A stretch of DNA of 18,318 nucleotides from Oopsacas minuta. Lineage: Eukaryota > Animalia > Porifera. Each line of letters opens with the position of its first letter. Position 1 is the first letter of the stretch. The stretch lies in NCBI GenBank assembly GCA_024704765.1, contig JAKMXF010000338.1:134369-152686 (forward strand). Direction: 5' to 3'. Positions 9,724 through 18,318 of this stretch are shown here, one piece after another. The notes beneath the pieces were generated by a model, which had not been told where the DNA came from, ran no database searches, and saw only the letters and a program-made list of their open reading frames with translations. Both the position numbers and the translations under genes were made by a program.

Positions 9724-10310
9724 CAGGGACATTCAATAAATACTAATCACACCATCTAAAACTATAAGTACTTGTGTAAAGTTGGTAATTTTTGCTATGA
9801 ATGTTTAAAGTAGTCTCCATTATACGCTACAACTGAATTTAGCCTTTTAATCCAATTTTCGAATTTTCAAATGTCTTTCTATACTGATCCATGGGTACGA
9901 CTTCAAGGTATCTGTAAATTGCCCGACCGAGGCTGAGCCGATCTTCAAATTCGCGTCCGGAGAGGTTATTTTTGAGTTTTCCAAACAGCCAGAAGTTACA
10001 TAAAGCTATATCAGGGGAACAAGGTAGATGTGGAACTTCGTGCATACCCATGTCTTTAATTTTTTGCCTTACAGCCAAAGATCTATGCGGTCTAGCATTA
10101 TCGTGCAAAATTTTGAGACCATCAGTTCCAGTCTTTGGACGACGCTTAAGATAATGTTTTTCGACCTCACGAAACACCACATCTGCGTAAAATTGTCCTG
10201 TGAGTGTCTGACCTTTGGGAACAGGGATTTGGGCTACAGGACCTGGGCCATCGAAAAATATGCAGTACAAGACCTTCGGGGCACGGAAGTCGGATACACA
10301 AACAGCTGGA
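9724..10310 (-). mobile_element. mariner (DD34D) element F, 3' half, cut at the single N at 10311
   Basis: Reads KVLYCIFFD...TGQFY...LHDNARPH...HLPCSPDIALCNFWLFGKLK. There are 34 residues between the D of HDNARPH and the third catalytic position, which is N here. A shifted C-terminus reads RLNSVVAYNGDYFKHS* (stop 9795-9797). The terminus TA|CAGGGACATTCAATAAATAC starts at 9724. Confidence 0.9.
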
Positions 10311-10311
10311 N

Positions 10312-10439
10312 CATATAAAATCTAGAACAACACTTAATGAAATTTTTTTAAATTATTGTCAGAAGTGGGGTATTTCCCAAAGTGGGGTGCAAAATTTTAG
10401 CAGTGCTTCCCAGACACCCCACTTAGGGAGGTTCTACTG
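10312..10439 (-). mobile_element. pogo/Tigger-like terminus (possible MITE end)
   Basis: Minus strand TA|CAGTAGAACCTCCCTAAGTGGGGTG from 10439 (TA at 10440-10441) resembles pogo-type TIRs. The AAGTGGGGT motif recurs at 10363 and 10380, and inverted at 10415-10424, like subterminal repeats. No coding sequence and no partner end were found. Confidence 0.55.
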
Positions 10440-10860
10440 TAATAGCAAACAACCGTATAACCAGGTACGTGAAAGCCTCCTTGACCTTCATTTCAGGGGA
10501 TCCAGTAACAGGCGGCTCCCTGAAGTGTAAGACGCAGAGGCTTTAACGGACTTTGTTATAAGGCTGCTTGTTACTGAAGTAATGATTAATTTTCGGAATT
10601 ATTCCAGTTTCGTTAAAATCGGAATATTGCTTGAATTTTCGGCCTTAATCAGTGAATCCAATACATTATTGTACTAATATAAGTTGAATTGATTCACAAA
10701 GAACTCTTGCATTAGTTATTCAAAAGGATGCTAGATCGAGTATCCCACAACCACATGCAAAAACAATGTCATCAGTCCTTACAAGTTCCTCAATCAATTT
10801 CAGACAAACAACAAAACATGAATACCATGAAATAAAGTTTCAAACAAATAGGTTGCAATA

Positions 10861-11841
10861 CAGGGTGGCCCCAAAGTTCTGTCCCATCTTTTATAATACA
10901 AGGAAATGAAGTTACTAGATTCACCATACATGATTTAATGTTGTAATCGAACCAATTGAGTCACTAATACAAATATTACTAAACATATTCCTGGTTCACT
11001 TCTTCTAGCACTTAGTTAAGCTAATGGAAGTCGAGAAAGCAGGAATTATTCGGTTTCTTGAAAATTGTAAGGCTCCAGGAGAATTTTAAAGTTGCTCAAT
11101 ATGCCCAGGAGTCGACGGAAGTTTGTATATCGGAAGATCTTGAGGTACAAGCAAACAAGGGGAGTAAAGGACAAGACTAGATCCGGTCGTCCTTCCTCAG
11201 TTACGACTCCCAGGCTTGTCAAGATGGTACGGGAGCGAATCCGACGTAACCCGCGTCGATCCATGAGGAAGATGGCTGTAGATCTTCAGGTGTCACGCCA
11301 TTCCATACAGAACGTCGTGAATACTAAGCTGGGAATGTATTCCTTCAAAAGAAAAAAGGTCCATCATCTAACAGACCAAGTTAAGCAAAACGAATATCTA
11401 GATGTAAATGGTTGCTTGAACGGCACACAAATCACGGCCTCGAAACAATTCTGTATTCCGATGACAAGATATTCACTATTCAGGAAGTTACAAACTCCCA
11501 AAATGACAGGATCATATCGGCAATACGTTCTAGTATCCCAGAAAAGTATCGATACGTGAGTCGCATACAGGAACCTCAATTTGTGATGGTATCGGCTGGT
11601 GTCTCGGCAACAGGTCGGACACCATTGATATTTGTTCCCTCTGGAGTAAAGATAAATGCTACCACCTATCGGGAGCTCATCTTGGAGCCTGGATTGCAGA
11701 ATCTAGGTGAAACAATGTTTAATGGAGAACCGTTTATATTCCAGCAGGATGGAGCACCGGCTCATACCACCAATAGTACCCAAACTTGGCTCCAACACAA
11801 TTTTCCAGGATTTATTCAGAAGACAGCATGGCCTCCCTATA
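10861..11841 (+). mobile_element. maT (DD37D) element E, left part: 5' TIR and transposase up to WPPY
   Basis: TA|CAGGGTGGCCCCAAAGTTCTGTCCC at 10861; ATG at 11024. Frameshifted HTH region RSGRPSSVTTPRLVKMVRERIRRNPRRSMRKMA is followed by YSDDKIFTI...NSQNDR...FQQDGAPAHT...WPPY. The reading is interrupted at TA 11840-11841. Confidence 0.92.
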
Positions 11842-13161
11842 CAGGGTGTAACAAATGTATTGTCGTTTTCTAAACTGAATATAACTAATCTCTAAATAGC
11901 ACAAATATTACCGTTTTATTTCTCTCTATAGTCTCCTTGCCTTTCTAAAACTTGTGTAACTCGCCTAGGCATACTAGATACAATGTTTTGTAAACATCAC
12001 CCGATATAGCACTCCATGACTTTTAAAATTTTTATTAGTCCGTTAACGGTAGTTGCTTGCTCCAGCTCATCTACCTTGTCTTTCATGATAGCCCACAAAT
12101 TCTCGATTGGAATGAGGTCGGGCGAGTTTCCGGGCCACTCAGCTTTATGCCAAAACGCAGGAAGATTATGTTCACACCATTCCTGTGTCAGTTTAGCCGT
12201 ATGAGCAGGTGCCCCGTCTTGCATGAAAATAATCCCAGACATCTCTGAGGACATAGACCGCTCTAAAACTGACCCATTTTTGGCTCTCCTGCGAATGGCA
12301 TCTTTGCATGTTCCAGCAAAAATCTTTGTACGGTAGTAATCTCCATTTACAGTTTCTCCTTGAGGTATAATATGCAGCTCAGATAGGGTTTGGTGGGACA
12401 TCATGCCCCACACCTCGACTTGGCTGGAAATTTTACCTTCATACAAGTTTGGACTGAAGCCGCATCCTTGCTCCAAACACGGTCATTCTGTCTGTTTGGC
12501 ATTTGAAATAATTGAAAGGGAGATTCATCAGACCATAAAACTCTATTCCAATCACCAACTGTCCAATCCTTATGAACTACCACAAATTTCATCTGATTAT
12601 CCTTCATTTTTATGGTCAAACGAGGCTTTCTCGGTCTTTTATAAGGTTTCACTCCCAAAGACTTACCTAAATACCGATGGACAGACATGTGGGAAACATT
12701 ACAACCACCCCACGTTAACCTCAAAGCGAGCTTACGCGTTGATTGCCTTCTCTTTCCTAAAGATTTCTTTAACACAATTTTGGCAACTCGGTTAATTTTC
12801 GGTGGACGTCCAGACTTGGGCTTTGATTCCATCGAAATTCCAAGATTATCGCTGCGTCCCCACCTTTGAACAGATCAAATATTGACGTTGAGTCGTTGAG
12901 CAACCGTTTTAGTTCTTTATCTAGCATTTAGCATCCCTATTGCCTGAGATCTTAAGGAAGTCCATAATCTTGGACATTCATCTCTTATAGAATTGAGCAT
13001 TTTTTGAAAATACCAATAAAAAATCGAAAAGTTGAATACAATAAAAATTGACTGCTATATACTTTGACAATAACATGTATCAATTGATTAAGGTTGTATA
13101 ATACTATGTAGTGTCAAGCAACATTATCAGTAAATAACGACAATACATTTGAGACACCCTA
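11842..13161 (-). mobile_element. Complete Tc1-like DD37E element D (1320 bp) nested in element E; transposase pseudogene ~11916-12977
   Basis: 26-bp TIRs at 11842-11867 (CAGGGTGTAACAAATGTATTGTCGTT) and 13136-13161, with 3 mismatches. TA is duplicated at 11840-11841 and 13162-13163. Reads KSGRPPK...VLWSDESPF...VWGMMSH...FMQDGAPAH-(37 aa between D and E)-WPGNSPDLIPIENLW. Stops and frameshifts are present. Confidence 0.95.
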
Positions 13162-13362
13162 TAGTCCAGACCTGAACCCGATGGACTTTGCAATTTGGCC
13201 CATCCTAGAGACCAATGCTTGAGCAAAGTCTCATACCTCTGTTGAGTGGTTGAACCCATCTTCAACAAGGGAGTGGAACAAAATACCTCAGGAAAGCATT
13301 CGTGTAGCGGTTGGAACGTTTCCTCGACGATTGAGACCTGTAGTGAAAAAACGAAGAAGTTA
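13162..13362 (+). mobile_element. maT (DD37D) element E, right part: C-terminal transposase segment
   Basis: Continues in frame with the left part as SPDLNPMDFAIWPILETNA*AKSHTSVE...FPRRLRPVVKKRRSY. The rejoined spacing from the D of QDG to the D of PMD is 37 residues. It is cut again at TA 13361-13362. Confidence 0.93.
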
Positions 13363-14405
13363 CAGTCTCTCAACTTGAAATTGGGAAGATCTTTGATTTT
13401 CCCTAGCTACAAGTACATTTAGTTTATTTCTATTCCAAATATGTTATTAGAATCACAAAACAATCAATAATATAGTAGGCCTAATAATTTATCTTATTTC
13501 CGTTACTTTTCCGTACTAATTTGACTCTTTTTGGCATCGATGACCAAAATGGATTTAGAAATTCATGTTCTAAAGAATTCCATACTTCATTTAGCTTCCT
13601 TTCCGGCTCATTTAAATTTCGTGGTGACTTCAAAACGATTTCTCTCCTGATCCACGACCAGAAGTTCTCGATCGGATTCAATTCCGGACTACAAGCAGGC
13701 CAATCGATCCTATGTATCCCTTTCTCGTCCAAGTATCCTCTAGCAAGGTTGCACGTGTGTTTGAGATCGTTGTCTTCCTGGAAAACCCATCCATCAGGGT
13801 ACAAAACACTTGCGTGTTCTACTAAACATTCGTGCAGAATGTCGCAGTAAGTCGCCCTGTGAGATTTTCTCTGAAAACCTAGATAGGAAACGTTCCACGT
13901 GCTGAAAACGTTCCCCAAACAGGGAATTTAGGAGAGTGTTTCGTACTGGGTTTTACTGGTTTCGAATCGCCTTTACACCAGACACATACTTTGCCAACAG
14001 CTAGCCAAATGGACATCTCATTGCTAAATATGGCCTTCTTCCAATACCTAAACATTTTAAACTTAGCCCAATCGACACGATAAGCCTTATGGGTTTGTGT
14101 AAGTTTCGGAATCTTTCTAGCAACCTTGCGGGTGAAGCCACGCTGCTTCATCTCAATCCTTACAGCCTCGTGTGAGAACGATAGACCCCGTCTTTTGTTG
14201 AATTTGAAGTCAACTTCCCACAGATAACCTAGGATTGTTGATTGCCAAACTAACAAGCGATTTAGCGTTATTTTGCTTGGATCTGACGCTGTTTCCCGAA
14301 ACCAATCTTTCTATCAACGGATTCAGCATTCATCCATTTGTAAACAGTGCGATAAACTGTACTTTTTGGAACTCCAGTTCTTCGAGATAATTCCATACAA
14401 TTCAT
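13363..14405 (-). mobile_element. Tc1 DD34E family A, copy 2 (5'-truncated), inserted in element E
   Basis: TIR TA|CAGTCTCTCAACTTGAAATTGGGAAGATC at 13363. Transposase reads NCMELSRRTGVPKSTVYR...IFSNEMS...FPVWGTFS...QEDNDLKH-(34 aa between D and E)-WPACSPELNPIENFW. No 5' TIR is seen beyond ~14405, so the right boundary is approximate. Confidence 0.93.
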
Positions 14406-15445
14406 GCACAGTGTGGCAATATGGGGAAATAGGCGTATATAACAAAAATATTTAATGCATTTTTCGAATTCACCATAGTTCAATTAGCACGAAAATATCA
14501 TTGGCACCATTAGAAGCAGTTAGGAATCCTAACTACGCATAACTTTGTCATGTGTTTCTAATAATAGAAATATATATTTTCAAACCGCAAATTCCTAAAC
14601 CCTAACATACGTAATTATATTTGATGTAAGTACTAACTATAAGAGTCAAAAACATCTTCTAATAATAAATCCATATTGTAACACCAATTTAATCATTGAT
14701 AGGTTAGTCGAGATACTCATTTGTACTTATTTCCGGGTGTCTAGTTCGGCCATCCTAAAGTTATAATTTGGAATTTTTTCTCATTGATTGAAGTGTAGCA
14801 TCTCTTGTTTGACAAAATTTGACAAAACGTTATTAATATATAAGTAATGTTACTATATTTAGTCAACTATTTAATCACTTTCCAGCCTTGCCAAAAGCNA
14901 CAATAATAGTGTTGCAAATAGCATAGTAGTGTGCATACAATACTACAACATACCTAATTAGCATTCCAATGTCTAAGTAATTTGTGTTACCTATTAATCA
15001 ATCTCTTAAATCTTCAAGTGAAAATATACATTTAGTAAACATACAATCTGCAATATTGTTATATTATTTTTAATTATAACTATAGAATGGGAATATAAGT
15101 ATTTATTTGAGTATATTTGGGAATGCTTCATTTTACTAGTGAATTTATGCAAACTTCACATAGATTTTCGCTTGTCATTTCGCCCAACACTTGTTGTCAT
15201 TTACCAACAAAAGGTTCCTTATTGTGTGATATACAGCTAGCAATGGCATTCTACTCGCTATCAACGGGACAAATTTGGAAGAATATCAAATTCTAACTGT
15301 ATAATATTGTCATCAAACTACCTTTAAATGGCATGAGCCCATAGCTTGTTCCAATGTTTGAACAACTAGAATTATTTTGATTCTCACGTAGATATCTAGC
15401 AACTATGAAAAACTAGTAATTAGCATGCAAGAGATTGTATCCAAC

Positions 15446-16381
15446 TTACAGTATATTAGTTTCATTTTCTATTATGAAGTTACGAATTGGATTCCCACCA
15501 TATTTCTTTCTCCAGCAATATTCAGTGAGGTATGTATCCAGGCGCTTGGGGTTTGGTGGCCATGGAATTTCTCATCTTTTTCTTGGCTTGACTCCAAGTG
15601 CTTTCTGTTGTTTGTGTGTGAATCTCTGTTCCAGGGACCACAAATTGGATACTGTGATTAACAGTCAAATGGGTGAAAGTAGCTGGTAGAATAACATTGT
15701 ATGAAGCGCATTCATCGCATAGAATAATATTCCTGGGTTTGATACATTGTTCTATAATGGGAATCAATGTAGAAGCTGATCTATCTTCAACTGTGACCAT
15801 GAAAGCTTGTTTGGTCACTCTATCAATCCCACCAAACACCCATTTTCCTGATAGTTGCCTTCCTCAATGGTAATTTCTTTTCCCAAATTTGCTTTCATCG
15901 ATCTCAAGGATGTGCCCATGCCCTCTGATTGGTTCCAGACGAGAGAGGTATATCTCCACACAGATATCCCTCAAGAAATTTACCAATCCATGATGGTGTT
16001 TGAAGACCAATTAAGAATTAGGGTTAAGAAATATGTACTTTGTAGTCCTTCTGCCCATAAATATAAAATTGCACCAACTGAGTAAGAGGAATATTAGATC
16101 CCTCAAAGAATTATCCCACTCGTAGGGATGCAAATTTCTCGTAACCCTTTCAGGACATCTCTAAAATCTCCCTTCGTGCACCCTAGAAAATATACGCCTT
16201 CTGGCATGTTTGCCTCGCATCTACATCTCATACCTCTTGGTAATAATCCGTGAACCCTCAACCAATCGATACAATTGTCGCGATTGATGGTTATCCATAA
16301 GAATAATTCATTCAATCCAATCTCATCGACGATCGGAAAAGATGTAGGCATCATTACAGGTCTGTATAAGGGAGTAGCCAT
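15446..16381 (-). pseudogene. Merlin (IS1016/IS1595-like, ISXO2 DDE) transposase, degenerate
   Basis: The N-terminus CIDWLRVHGLLPRGMRCRC looks like a Zn-ribbon start. It continues EIDESKFGKRNYH*GR...KWVFGGIDR...VEDRSASTLIPII...IILCDECASY...HLTVNHS...FV...IHTQTTESTWSQAK and a shifted LDTYLTEYCWRKKY. These are typical Merlin motifs. TIRs and target duplication were not located. Confidence 0.92.
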
Positions 16382-16878
16382 GAAAAATTACGTCAATCGT
16401 TAAAAATATGAGTTTGAAATGACATGTAGATGTATTTCTGAAATCGAAATAAATTCTATATATTTATGGACACTGCTTAGATCTGTCTACTTGGAGATGA
16501 TCCACACTATTGATTGCTTTTTATCACTCAGATAGAAAACTCAATTGTTACTTTTTCAGCCGTGAAACAGGCATACTACATCAACATGCAAGTAAAAGTA
16601 TATACAATCCATTTAAAAATGTTAAAAACTATATAAATGTAGATAAATCGCATGATGAACAATATAATTCATCAACAACCCAATATAATTCATTCTTTTT
16701 TGGATGCCATGAGTTTGTTCCAACTTGCATGGCAGATAACCATCTCTAACTTGTAGAGGAGTACTTAGAATATGCTACAAGCGGTTCAATTGAATTTATC
16801 ATAATTCACTGACGGGTAAATTCACTCACAGGTTCTTTGTCCTTTTTATAGATTATATTATTGAATCTAACCTTTGTA

Positions 16879-18215
16879 CAGGGTGTCCAATAATTACTGC
16901 CTATCCATTGTTAACATTTGTCGAACTAATTAGATACAGTAGTATTAGTGTTCTTCTACAAGATCCTGTTAATGTTTTTATCTACTCATATACTATCTTT
17001 TGCGGCTATGACGAAATTTCTCTGTCTACATTTTTGTGTATATGTAGCAACTTTGAGATTTTACTCTTATTTCTGTTATTTTGGGTAGTGTTGATAGATT
17101 CCGACATCCGATATAGAGCAATTGGTTTTTAGAAGCGGTATAAGCCAGAAAGAAGTAGCATGTAGGTTTGGAAAGGGAGCTCGAACAATCAGACGTTGGT
17201 GGTTTCGATTCAAACAATATTCTAGTCTCACACATCGAAAAGGCGCTGGACGGCCTAAAAAAATGAATATGTCGGCCAGAATGGTGATCGTGAAATTGTT
17301 GGGTAAAAGACATCACTCAACTAGGAAATTGTCGACTAAATTGAAGTTAAAGGGGTACCAGATTTCAAAGAGCACTGTACACAATTATTTACGGAATCAT
17401 TGGCTCTTAGGGCATTTAAAAGGTCAAAAAACCCAAGCTGACTCAAAATCAGATGATAAACATACTCAAATTCTGTCAAAAAGTGAATGATTTAACAGTC
17501 AATGATTGGAAGAAAGTTGTGTGGTCAGATGAATGACTATTTGAATTATTCCATTAGACTAACACGCAAAATGATCATATTTAGGTTCACAGTACTCAGG
17601 ATGTTCTCCTTAGAGAGACAGTAAAGAATCCACCCAAAATAATGGTCTGGGGCATGATGAGCTATCGAGGATTATCAGACGTGCACTTTATTCCACCAAA
17701 ACAAACAGTCAATGCGCTATACTATGTTTCAGATATTGTGGAAGGTACATGCCTAAATATACTCAAGGAAAGAAGAATAAACGGGCGTTTATTCTAGAAA
17801 ATTGGTATCAAAAAGGTCGGAGGCACATTTCATGCAAGATGGTGCTCCTCCTCACAGGGCCATAGTTGCACAAGAATGGTGAAAAAGCAATTTTCAAGCT
17901 TTTGGACTAAGGATGAGTGGCCTGGTAACTCACCAGATTTAAACCCAATAGAGAATATATGAGGTATATTGAAACAATCCATTGACGAAATGAAGCAACT
18001 AAAGAACGTTGAACAACTGAAAAATCAACTCGAAATTGCATGGAAAAATGTTCAACCCCAATGGCTAGAGAATATTGTGGCAGGCATGCCAGAAAGGATT
18101 AATAAATGTTTACGACTTAATGGAGATTATATAGGAAAGTAAGCGTACATTATGAGGTCTTATATTTCATAGTATATTTTAGTATTGAATAGGCCAATAA
18201 TTTCTGGGCACCCTG
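16879..18215 (+). mobile_element. Complete Tc1-like DD37E element C (1337 bp); transposase pseudogene ~17090-18142
   Basis: Left TA|CAGGGTGTCCAATAATTACTGCCTAT; the right end reverse-complemented reads TA|CAGGGTGCCCAGAAATTATTGGCCTAT, with TA on both sides. Reads RKGAGRPKK...VVWSDE...KIMVWGMMSY...FMQDGAPPH-(37 aa after repairing one frameshift)-WPGNSPDLNPIE...GDYIGK*. Many stops. Confidence 0.95.
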
Positions 18216-18253
18216 TATTACCCAATATTTTGAATCATGACTAAGTCCTAAAG

Positions 18254-18272
18254 CTGTCTCTTATACACATCT
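18254..18272 (+). other. Nextera/Tn5 mosaic-end adapter sequence (library contamination)
   Basis: Exact 19-bp CTGTCTCTTATACACATCT. Confidence 0.95.
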
Positions 18273-18318
18273 AATATATACACGTTCATAAGCCTAGTAC
18301 AAGTTCAAGTTAAAATGA

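Noticed and set aside
15375-16503. Merlin TIR pair (GGATCATCTCCAAGTAG from 16503 versus ~15378-15410)
   Set aside because: The alignment needs several gaps and no 8-9 bp target duplication is visible.
334-17316. Many short ORFs in the track (e.g. 334-519, 788-1039, 1863-2225, 5890-6141, 11046-11264, 12403-12795, 13521-13850, 17026-17316) as genes
   Set aside because: They are antisense or off-frame shadows of the transposase pseudogenes.
1-18318. Prokaryotic IS cluster or defence island
   Set aside because: P, Chapaev, piggyBac, maT and mariner are eukaryotic groups, and there is no operon-like gene density or bacterial gene.

Overview
AT-rich eukaryotic, probably invertebrate animal, scaffold segment made up mostly of decayed class II DNA transposons. 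About 11 of the 18 kb are assignable from protein motifs and terminal inverted repeats (TIRs). In order, it holds: a P-element transposase fragment; the 5' half of a Chapaev3-like element; a DD37E Tc1-like 3' fragment; three pieces of one DD34E Tc1 family (family A); a piggyBac transposase split by a 2.08-kb interruption; a 42-bp palindromic minisatellite; a DD34D mariner 3' half; a pogo-like terminus; a DD37D (maT) element carrying two nested insertions; a Merlin transposase; and a complete DD37E element. Every transposase has stops, frameshifts or truncations. I found no intact host gene, RNA gene, retroelement or CRISPR array. The assembly is fragmented (N gap 7536-7966; single Ns at 1785, 10311, 14899) and contains an exact Nextera/Tn5 adapter at 18254-18272, so some adjacencies are artefacts. 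I see no convincing new biological system. The best leads are the base-resolved nesting, the intron-like interruption of piggyBac, shared lesions between Tc1 copies, and the hairpin minisatellite. Family names come from motif recognition; no database search was run.
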